Source: Schaalia meyeri
GTDB taxonomy: Bacteria > Actinomycetota > Actinomycetes > Actinomycetales > Actinomycetaceae
Direction: 5' to 3'
DNA: 32,000 nt
Assembly: GCF_900105015.1 (NCBI RefSeq)
Contig: NZ_FNLK01000008.1
Location: 90,001 to 122,000, forward strand
The notes below the pieces were generated by a model, which worked only from the letters and a program-made list of their open reading frames with translations, did not search any database and had not been told where the DNA came from. Each line of letters opens with the position of its first letter. Position 1 is the first letter of the stretch. Both the position numbers and the translations under genes were made by a program. Shown one piece after another: positions 25,081 to 32,000 of this stretch.

Positions 25081-26268
25081 ATGAGTTCCCTGTGGAGTTC
25101 TCCCGACCCGTCCAACCCGTATCAGGGCTGGACCCCGCAGTCGGGGGGACCGAACGAACAGGCATCGCAGGGGGCGCCCTACGGCGCACAGCCGGGATAC
25201 GGCACGCAACCCGGATACGGCACACAGCCGGGATACGGCACGCAACCCGGATACGGCACACAGCCGGGCGCGTCGGGCTACAGCGCCGCCAACCAGTGGG
25301 GATGGGGGCAGTCCAAGCCCGGCATCATCCCGCTGCGTCCTCTCACGATAGGAGACCTTTTCAACGGCTCATTCGCCGCCCTGCGCGCCAACCCCAAGGT
25401 TCTCTTCGGTTTCACGTTCGCGGTGATGGCGGTCGTCGCCCTGATCACCGCCATCGCATCGTATCTTCCAACCCTCACCTTCCAGTCACTGACGGGCTCC
25501 TCAGACCCCCAATCACTGTCCCGCCATTCGACTGAGGCCCAAGCGATAGCAATCATGACGTCGCTGGCCTCGAGCGGCGTGCAAACGCTGGCGACGCTCG
25601 CGGGGACGGCGATCCTCACGGGTGTTTTGGCCGCGACCGTGTCGCAGCTGATGATCGGCAACACGCTCACGATCGGCCAGGCATGGGCGATGACCCGGTC
25701 GCGGCTCGGGGCGCTGATCGGAACAACCATCCTGTCGGGAATCATCGCGGTCTTGCCGGTGATCTGCTGGGTCGCCGTATCGATCGCTCTCATTGCCGCA
25801 ATGTTCTACTCCCCGGCCATCGGCTTCTCCATCTTCGGCGTGATCCTCGGATTCTTCCCCGTGCTCGCCCTGACCGTCTACCTGGTCACCAAGCTGCAGT
25901 TCTCACCGATTTGCGCGGTGCTTGAGGAGAAAGGGCCGATCCAGTCCCTGAAGCGCTCGTGGTCCCTGACCCGCGGGGAATTCTGGTCGACGCTCGTGCG
26001 GATGTTCCTCATGTCCCTGGTGACAAGCACTGTCGTGACAATTCTCAGCGGCGTTGTCGGCATCATCGTCTCCCTCGTCGTTTTCGCGATCGGCAGCTCC
26101 GAAGACTCAAGTGTTGTCCTCGCTGTCTCGTCGGGCCTCGCGGTCCTTGCCGCCAGCTTGGTCACGCCTCTCACATCGACGTTTACGACGCTGGTCTACG
26201 CGGACCTGCGCATGTGCAAAGAGAATTTCGCCGTGGTTCTCGCCCAAGCGAGCGCGCAGCAGGGGTGA
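25081..26268 (+). CDS. Polytopic membrane protein with a Gln/Pro/Gly/Tyr repeat N-terminus (Rv3689-like position)
   Basis: ATG 25081 has ggagg 5 nt upstream; the track ORF starts at TTG 25069. The N-terminus carries (GTQPGY)x4. After IIPLRPLTIGDLFNGSFAALRANPKVLFGF come several hydrophobic helices, a layout typical of proteins annotated as glycerophosphodiester-phosphodiesterase membrane-domain or DUF-type. Confidence 0.75.
   Translation: MSSLWSSPDPSNPYQGWTPQSGGPNEQASQGAPYGAQPGYGTQPGYGTQPGYGTQPGYGTQPGASGYSAANQWGWGQSKPGIIPLRPLTIGDLFNGSFAALRANPKVLFGFTFAVMAVVALITAIASYLPTLTFQSLTGSSDPQSLSRHSTEAQAIAIMTSLASSGVQTLATLAGTAILTGVLAATVSQLMIGNTLTIGQAWAMTRSRLGALIGTTILSGIIAVLPVICWVAVSIALIAAMFYSPAIGFSIFGVILGFFPVLALTVYLVTKLQFSPICAVLEEKGPIQSLKRSWSLTRGEFWSTLVRMFLMSLVTSTVVTILSGVVGIIVSLVVFAIGSSEDSSVVLAVSSGLAVLAASLVTPLTSTFTTLVYADLRMCKENFAVVLAQASAQQG
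25189..25268 (+). repeat. In-frame tandem repeat: 36-nt unit x2 exact plus 8 nt of a third copy (18-nt GTQPGY sub-period)
   Basis: cagccgggatacggcacgcaacccggatacggcaca at 25189-25224 is repeated exactly at 25225-25260. cagccggg follows at 25261-25268. Confidence 0.9.
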
Positions 26269-26273
26269 CACCC

Positions 26274-26900
26274 ATGCTCGCGTGCGAGGCTCCGCTGACG
26301 CCCGACCAGGGCGAGGCTCACGAGTGGCTGGTCAAAGAGCTGGCTCGTGGCGAGTATTCGGATGCCCCGAACCCGGTCGTGCGTTTCGTCGCGTCGATCA
26401 TCGATTGGCTCACCGATGCCGTGAGCTGGCGTGGTCATGGCGTCCCTCCGATCTCACTGGTTCTCATAATCCTGGCGATCATCGCGATCGCGGGCGTCGT
26501 TATCGCGTTGATTTTCAATCCGATTCGCCTGTCCTCGCGGCGCGTCTCCCACACAGTGTTTGAGGAAGAGATCGGCCTTCCCGAGGCACGGGGAGCCTTC
26601 GACCAGGCCGTCGCCGCCCAGGATTGGAACCTGGCCTACGTGTGGGCGTATCGCCTGATGGTCCTGGGGCTGGACGAGTGCGAGGTCATTTCCTCGACCC
26701 CCGGCCTCACGGCGCGCGAGGCGGCGGACGCAGCGACGCGTCTCATCCCCGATCTGGGTCCTCAACTGGCGCACTACGCGCAGACCTTCGACCGCGTGCG
26801 TTACGGAGGGTCGCCTGCCTCGCGCGACCAGGTCGACACACTGCGCGATTTCACGCCGCACCTGCTGCACGAGTGCCGCCACGCGGGGGACCAATCATGA
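26274..26900 (+). CDS. DUF4129 domain-containing membrane protein
   Basis: Internal ATG 26274 lies 5 nt after the previous stop. The N-terminus PDQGEAHEWLVKELARGEYS is followed by a single TM (ISLVLIILAIIAIAGVVIALIF). The C-terminal helical domain ends ...FDRVRYGG, as in DUF4129 proteins. Confidence 0.7.
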   Translation: MLACEAPLTPDQGEAHEWLVKELARGEYSDAPNPVVRFVASIIDWLTDAVSWRGHGVPPISLVLIILAIIAIAGVVIALIFNPIRLSSRRVSHTVFEEEIGLPEARGAFDQAVAAQDWNLAYVWAYRLMVLGLDECEVISSTPGLTAREAADAATRLIPDLGPQLAHYAQTFDRVRYGGSPASRDQVDTLRDFTPHLLHECRHAGDQS

Positions 26901-28045
26901 AGGCTCGCCAGGTTGCGGTCGTTACCCCAACAGCCCGCGAGCGCTTGTCGGCGGCACGCCCGGGGCTCATCTTGATTGCGTTTACGATCATCGTCCTGTT
27001 CGCCGTCGCGCTGATCCCCCGGGCGGATTTCAACGAGTCGCCGGTGGGGATCCGCAACAGGGGCCCAAACGGCGCGAGGGCCTTCGCGCAGGTGCTACGC
27101 AGCCACGGGATCCGAGTCCGCGAGGTGTCGGCGTCGCAGGCGGTGTCCGTGGACGAAGACACGACTCTCGTCGTCGTTTTCCCGTCGCGCATGAAGCACA
27201 CCCTGGCCAAGAGGATCGAGACGCGAGCAAACGTCGTCTACGTCGGCCTGGAGGAGGAGTTCGCGTCTGGCTCCCCATACATGGACAAGCTGGAGTCGGT
27301 ACGCGACTGGGGGAGCCCGCACCGCGCGTCGCCGGGCTGTTCCTCCCAGGCCGCCGCCCGCGCCCAGGCGCTCCACACGTCCAGGTACATGATCACGGGC
27401 GACACCCCCGGATGGCAGCTTTGTTTCAGCGCCAGCGGCGCTTCCTACGCGTACGCCGAGCGCTCCGAGCCGGGACGTTTCCGCGCACTCATCCCCGACT
27501 CGGCGCGCCTGCGTAACCGCGGCATCACCGACGGGGGCAACGCGGCGCTCGCGATCAATGCGATAGCGCGCACGCCCAAGGTCGCGTGGTACTCGCCCAA
27601 GGAGTCCGACGACCTCACCGATGGCGGGGAATCGGCCGACCGGTCCCCCTACATCGCCCCCGCTTTCCTCATGGTCGTCGGCGCAGGGCTGCTGGCCGCC
27701 GTGGCCTACGGCAGACGGATGGGGCCGCTCACGTCCGAGCGTCTCCCCGTTGAGGTTCCCGCGGCCGAAACGCTCATCGGCAGGGCCCGGCTCATGCGAT
27801 CCCAACGCGCCTACGCACACGCGGCCAAGGCGCTACGCAGCGCGACGGCCTCGCGGATCGCGACCGCGCTGGGAGTCGCACACACGGCGGACCGCCAGAC
27901 GCTGACGCGAGCGATTGAGCAACGAGGCCTGCCCGCCTCACGCTCCACCGCACTCTTGTGGGGCCCACCCCCCACCTCCGAAGCGGCGCTCGTCCGCCTC
28001 GCCAACGACCTCGCCTCTCTCGAAAAGGAGATACGCCATGACTAG
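26897..28045 (+). CDS. DUF4350 domain-containing protein
   Basis: ATG 26897 overlaps the previous stop (ATGA). It has an N-terminal TM (GLILIAFTIIVLFAVALI) and a late TM (PAFLMVVGAGLLAAVAY). Position immediately upstream of moxR is typical. Confidence 0.7.
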   Translation: MKARQVAVVTPTARERLSAARPGLILIAFTIIVLFAVALIPRADFNESPVGIRNRGPNGARAFAQVLRSHGIRVREVSASQAVSVDEDTTLVVVFPSRMKHTLAKRIETRANVVYVGLEEEFASGSPYMDKLESVRDWGSPHRASPGCSSQAAARAQALHTSRYMITGDTPGWQLCFSASGASYAYAERSEPGRFRALIPDSARLRNRGITDGGNAALAINAIARTPKVAWYSPKESDDLTDGGESADRSPYIAPAFLMVVGAGLLAAVAYGRRMGPLTSERLPVEVPAAETLIGRARLMRSQRAYAHAAKALRSATASRIATALGVAHTADRQTLTRAIEQRGLPASRSTALLWGPPPTSEAALVRLANDLASLEKEIRHD

Positions 28046-29162
28046 CCCGATCCCCGGTCCCGCACCGCAGGGACCCCCACAGCCCGGTCCCGCGCCCACG
28101 GCGCCTCCCAACGCGTTCACGCCCCAAGCCGACATGCCCCCGCAGGGAACCCCGACCTCGTTCGCCGCCCCCACCGGAGAAGGCTGGACGGGCCGCGCCC
28201 TGAGCGACACCGAAAAGTTGACGCAGGAAACCCTCCTCGCCCTCAAAGCAGAAATCGGTAAAGCGATCGTGGGCCAGGACGCGGCGATCACCGGGCTGAT
28301 CGTCGCGCTGGTCGCGCAGGGGCACGCGCTGCTGGAGGGGGTCCCGGGCGTCGCGAAGACGCTGCTCGTGCGCACCCTCGCCCGCGCCCTTGACGTCGAC
28401 ATGGCTCGCATCCAGTTCACACCGGATCTCATGCCCGCGGACATCACGGGATCCATGGTGTGGGACGCGGGCCGCTCCGAATTCGTTTTCCGCGAGGGCC
28501 CCGTGTTCACGAACCTCCTGTTGGCCGACGAAATCAACCGGACGCCCCCAAAAACCCAGTCCGCGCTGCTGGAGTCGATGGAGGAACACACCGTTTCCAT
28601 TGACGGCGCAACGCGAGCACTTCCCGATCCCTTCATGGTGATCGCCACCCAAAACCCCGTCGAATACGAGGGCACCTACCCGCTGCCCGAGGCGCAGCTG
28701 GACCGGTTCCTGCTCAAGCTTGAAATCCCCCTGCCGGAACGCGACGGTGAGATCGACATTGTCACCCGCCACCAGGCCGGATTCAATCCCATGTCCCTGG
28801 CCGAGGCCGGGATTCAGCCGGTCGCAAAGGCCGCCGACATTCACGCCGCCCACGAGGCCGCCTCCCGCGTCGAGGTCTCCCCCGCCGTCGTGGGTTACCT
28901 TGTCGACCTGTGCCGCGCGACGCGCACCTCACCCGCCGTGCGCCTGGGCGTCTCTCCCCGAGGAGCCACCGCGCTGCTGCGTACCTCGCGCGTGTGGGCG
29001 TTCCTGCAGGGGCGCGGCTTCGTCACTCCCGACGACGTTAAGATCATGGCCCCCGTGACTCTGGCGCACCGCTTGGGCCTGCGCGCCGAGGCAAACCTGG
29101 AAGGCATCACGGCCACTGACGTCATCACGGGGGTTCTCGCCGCTACCCCTGTGCCCCGCTGA
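28038..29162 (+). CDS. moxR: MoxR-family AAA+ ATPase with a Pro-rich N-terminal extension
   Basis: ATG 28038 has aaggag 7 nt upstream and overlaps the previous gene by 8 nt. Motifs are Walker A GVPGVAKT, Walker B LLADEINR, sensor region ATQNP and the PEAQLDRF motif. Confidence 0.92.
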   Translation: MTSPIPGPAPQGPPQPGPAPTAPPNAFTPQADMPPQGTPTSFAAPTGEGWTGRALSDTEKLTQETLLALKAEIGKAIVGQDAAITGLIVALVAQGHALLEGVPGVAKTLLVRTLARALDVDMARIQFTPDLMPADITGSMVWDAGRSEFVFREGPVFTNLLLADEINRTPPKTQSALLESMEEHTVSIDGATRALPDPFMVIATQNPVEYEGTYPLPEAQLDRFLLKLEIPLPERDGEIDIVTRHQAGFNPMSLAEAGIQPVAKAADIHAAHEAASRVEVSPAVVGYLVDLCRATRTSPAVRLGVSPRGATALLRTSRVWAFLQGRGFVTPDDVKIMAPVTLAHRLGLRAEANLEGITATDVITGVLAATPVPR

Positions 29163-29170
29163 GGCGCCCC

Positions 29171-30502
29171 ATGGCGATTTCGGCACGCAGCGCGCTCCTC
29201 ATCCTGGTCGGGCTCATCCCCCTGGCCTTCGCCCCGTCGCGTAGCTTCGCGTGGATGTGGTTCTGTCTCGTCGTGGCCGTGTGCCTGCTGGACGCCCTCG
29301 GAGCCCCCTCGCCACGCACCCTGCGCCTCAGCCGCGAAGTGACCGGCCCGATTCGCGCCGACCAGACGACCAAGGCGACGCTGCGGCTGACGAATACGAC
29401 AAAGCGCCACATGTTGCTGGACGTGCGCGACGCGTGGCCGCCCTCGTTGCGGCCCTCGCCCTGCCGTCAAAGGGTTCGGCTGCGACCCGGCGAAGGCGTG
29501 CGCATCTCAACCACGCTGGCTCCCACCAGGCGCGGCACGCGCCACGCCGACGTTGTCACTGTCCGGTCGTGGGGGCCGCTGCATCTGGGGGCGCGTCAGG
29601 TTTCCTTCGGCGCGCCCCTGAGCCTGTCGGCGCTCCCGGAGTTCAAAGCACGCGTCCTCCTGCCCGCGCGCCTGGCGCGCCTGCACGAGCTGGAGGGAAC
29701 CACCCCGACGACGCTGCGCGGAGCGGGAACGGAGTTCGATTCGCTGCGCGCCTACGTCATCGGCGACGACCCGCGCGACATCGACTGGCGGGCGTCCGCT
29801 CGATCAACCGAGCTCATGGTGCGCCAGTGGCGCCCCGAACGCGACCGACACGTCGTCATCGTCGTGGACTGCGGGAGAGCGTCCTCCGCGCTTCTGGGTG
29901 CCCCCGAACACGAGGAGGTCGACTCGATCGCCTTGGGGCGCGCCCCCCGACTGGATTCCTCCATCGAGACGGCGCTGCTCCTGGCAGCCCTGGCGGACCG
30001 AGCGGGCGACAAAGTACACGTCCTGGGAGTCGATTCCCGTGTGCGCGCACGCGTGTCGGGCGTGCGCGGCGCGAAGGTCATCGAGACTCTGGCCCACGCG
30101 TTCATGGACATCTCACCGCGCCTGGACGTCACCGACTGGTCCGAGGTGACCCGTGCCGTTGAGCAAACCGTCCACCACTCGGCCTTCGTCGTGATCGCCA
30201 CGAAGATCCCTCCCGCCGGCATGGACACCGAGTTCACCGACGCGCTGGCGCGCCTGAGCGAGCGCCACACGGTGCTCGTCGCCTCCGCGACGGACCCCGA
30301 CGAGATACGCGCGCGTAACAACGTCGGCGACGCCGAGCAGGTGTTCCTGGCGGCATCAGCGGCGCTCGCGGAGCGCTCCGACGACGCCGGGGCGGCCGAC
30401 GCCCGTCTTGCCGGCGCGCTGACGGTGCGCGCCTCGGCCGGCCTGCTTCCGGCGCGCACGGCAGACTATTACATCGACCTCAAAAAGAGCGGCCGCCTCT
30501 AG
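29171..30502 (+). CDS. DUF58 domain-containing protein (vWA-like partner of MoxR)
   Basis: It has N-terminal TMs and the hallmark DPRDIDWRASARSTELMVRQWRPERD. This is followed by VVIVVDCGRA, a vWA-like beta strand. Confidence 0.88.
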   Translation: MAISARSALLILVGLIPLAFAPSRSFAWMWFCLVVAVCLLDALGAPSPRTLRLSREVTGPIRADQTTKATLRLTNTTKRHMLLDVRDAWPPSLRPSPCRQRVRLRPGEGVRISTTLAPTRRGTRHADVVTVRSWGPLHLGARQVSFGAPLSLSALPEFKARVLLPARLARLHELEGTTPTTLRGAGTEFDSLRAYVIGDDPRDIDWRASARSTELMVRQWRPERDRHVVIVVDCGRASSALLGAPEHEEVDSIALGRAPRLDSSIETALLLAALADRAGDKVHVLGVDSRVRARVSGVRGAKVIETLAHAFMDISPRLDVTDWSEVTRAVEQTVHHSAFVVIATKIPPAGMDTEFTDALARLSERHTVLVASATDPDEIRARNNVGDAEQVFLAASAALAERSDDAGAADARLAGALTVRASAGLLPARTADYYIDLKKSGRL

Positions 30503-30547
30503 GAGCACCGGCAAGAGCCCAGGCAATCCCCGACGCTGTCCGGGCGC

Positions 30548-31540
30548 TCAGCCGGCGACGGGTTGATAGTAGCCCGCGTCGATGCCGACGTCCGCGCTCT
30601 CCTGCGCCCGATGCGCCCGGCTGCCGAGGATTAGGGTGTACGCCCACGTGGCCACGGTCAGGAGGGTGCCAAGAGTGATCTTGAGAGCATCAGGCAGCTC
30701 GGAGGGCGTGACGAAGCCTTCGAGGAAGCCGGATCCTGCCAGAAGAATCGCGCACCCCACCGCCGCGGTTATGGAGGCGCGGGCGGCGCTGCCGACAGCC
30801 TGGAAGCGGGTCGCCTCACCGGGGACCAGGAGCGCCCAGAACACCCGCAGGCCCGCCGCGAGCGACATGAATATAGCCGTCAGTTCGGGCAGCCCATGTG
30901 GCAGGATGAAACGAAAGAAGTGCCAGGGACCCCCGTAGGCGATGACGATGCCCGCCACGTTGCCCAGCACCGTCGCGTTCTGCCACAGGAGCCAGAGGGG
31001 ATACACGCCCGTGATGCCCGTGGCCACCCCCTGCAGCGCGATCCACGAGTTGTTTGCCCACACAGACAGGCCAAACTCTGAGCGCGTGTCCTGGTGATAG
31101 TACTCCACGAAGGCGCTGTGGGCGTAGTTTCGCAGCTGCTCCGGCGTTCCCAGCGCGTTCATGGCGTCGGGTGTGGTCATCAGATAGTGCGCCTGGATCG
31201 CGCTGATCGCGATGAAGGCGGCCATGATGGCCAGGGTCACCCACCGGATCCGATACAGCGTGAGCGGCAGCGAGACCGCAAAAAACCGCGCGATGACGGC
31301 CCCCGTCAGCCCGCCTGTGCCCGCCAGGCGTCCGCGCGCGGCGGACAGGGTACGCGATAACTCCGCGATCACGTCGGGATCGGGACTCACGGTGCGCACG
31401 CGCGCCAGGTCCGTGGTGGCCACCCGGTAGAGGCGGTCGAGTTCGTCGATCTGTTCGCCGGTCAGTGACCGCTTGCGTGTCAGCTCGTTGAGCCGTTTCC
31501 ACTCCGCTTTTCCGCTCACCCGCAGCACGTCAATGTCCAT
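30548..31540 (-). CDS. SpoIIM-like / DUF95 family integral membrane protein
   Basis: 330 aa. An N-terminal cytoplasmic helical domain (EWKRLNELTRK...LDRLYRVATTDLARVRT) is followed by about 6 hydrophobic helices, including the HGLPELTAI motif typical of the family. Confidence 0.8.
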   Translation of the reverse strand: MDIDVLRVSGKAEWKRLNELTRKRSLTGEQIDELDRLYRVATTDLARVRTVSPDPDVIAELSRTLSAARGRLAGTGGLTGAVIARFFAVSLPLTLYRIRWVTLAIMAAFIAISAIQAHYLMTTPDAMNALGTPEQLRNYAHSAFVEYYHQDTRSEFGLSVWANNSWIALQGVATGITGVYPLWLLWQNATVLGNVAGIVIAYGGPWHFFRFILPHGLPELTAIFMSLAAGLRVFWALLVPGEATRFQAVGSAARASITAAVGCAILLAGSGFLEGFVTPSELPDALKITLGTLLTVATWAYTLILGSRAHRAQESADVGIDAGYYQPVAG

Positions 31541-31558
31541 TGGACTAGCGTGTCACAT

Positions 31559-32000
31559 ATGAGCGCACCACGCAGTCACACAAATGATGTTCCAGGGGAC
31601 TACGTCCGCACCGGCGAGGCCGTATCCCTTGACATGACGCCGGCGTCTCCCCCGGAACGGCTCGCGGCGGCCTTCATGGACTGCACCACCTACCTCGGGG
31701 CTGCCCTGATCATCACGGTTATTGCCGCGCGAACCTGGTCGTCGGGTTCCGACTCGCTCGTGCGCGTGTTCTTTATCGGCGTGTTCTCCTCGGTCACGTT
31801 CTTCGCGCCTTTCGTCGTCGAGGTGGCCACGCGCGGACGATCTCTGGGGAAGTGGGCGATGAACCTGCGGGTCGTTCGCGACGACGGCGGAGCGATCACG
31901 GCGCGCCACAGCGCGGTTCGCGTCTCGACGGGCATCTTAGAAAACTGGCTGACCGCGGGGGGCATCGCCTGCGGCGCTGAGCTGATTAGCTCACAGGGCA
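31559..32000 (+). CDS. RDD family membrane protein (5' portion; continues beyond the window end)
   Basis: It is not in the ORF track because it has no stop in the window. I translated it by hand from ATG 31559: MSAPRSHTNDVPGDYVRTGEAVSLDMTPASPPERLAAAFMDCTTYLGAALII...GRSLGKWAMNLRVVRDDGG. It contains the eponymous R-D-D motif. No in-frame stop occurs up to 32000. Confidence 0.75.
   Translation, partial: MSAPRSHTNDVPGDYVRTGEAVSLDMTPASPPERLAAAFMDCTTYLGAALIITVIAARTWSSGSDSLVRVFFIGVFSSVTFFAPFVVEVATRGRSLGKWAMNLRVVRDDGGAITARHSAVRVSTGILENWLTAGGIACGAELISSQG

Noticed and set aside
25189-25268. CRISPR-like array
   Set aside because: The repeats are directly adjacent with no spacers, in frame, and lie inside a well-supported CDS. 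This is a coding tandem repeat.

Overview
High-GC chromosomal window of Actinomycetota type. It may be Actinomycetaceae-like, but that is inferred only from composition and gene order. Nearly all of it is conserved core genes, in blocks that mirror neighbourhoods I recall from Mycobacterium tuberculosis. In order: (1) the tiny ribosomal protein bL37, rshA/rsrA-sigH (minus strand) with a SigH/SigR-type autoregulatory promoter, a DoxX-like membrane protein, aroA and rsgA. (2) A roughly 1.7 kb lower-GC accessory islet (4963-6640) with three small unrecognised plus-strand ORFs: a Cys-containing small protein whose apparent signal peptide sits out of frame behind a 5-codon mini-ORF, a 2-TM protein and a 4-TM protein. 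(3) A class-I glutamine amidotransferase and sbcD-sbcC. (4) A minus-strand operon of SAF/CpaB-like protein, TadZ/Ssd-like degenerate P-loop protein and an acidic hypothetical protein. It has no tadABC or pilin genes and lies divergent from a 70-aa HTH protein. (5) A conserved hypothetical, then a LysM membrane protein translationally coupled to an Rv3235-family protein. (6) secA-hpf-comF-lpqB-mtrB-mtrA on the minus strand, with three 11-bp-phased GTCACG repeats abutting the mtrA start codon. (7) A seven-gene MoxR/DUF58 membrane module (polytopic protein, DUF4129, DUF4350, MoxR, DUF58, DUF95/SpoIIM-like, RDD). The RDD gene runs off the window end and is missing from the ORF track. No rRNA, tRNA, CRISPR array, transposase or integrase was seen. 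Most long ORFs antisense to or overlapping these genes are GC-driven shadow ORFs. All family assignments come from reading motifs by eye; no searches were run.
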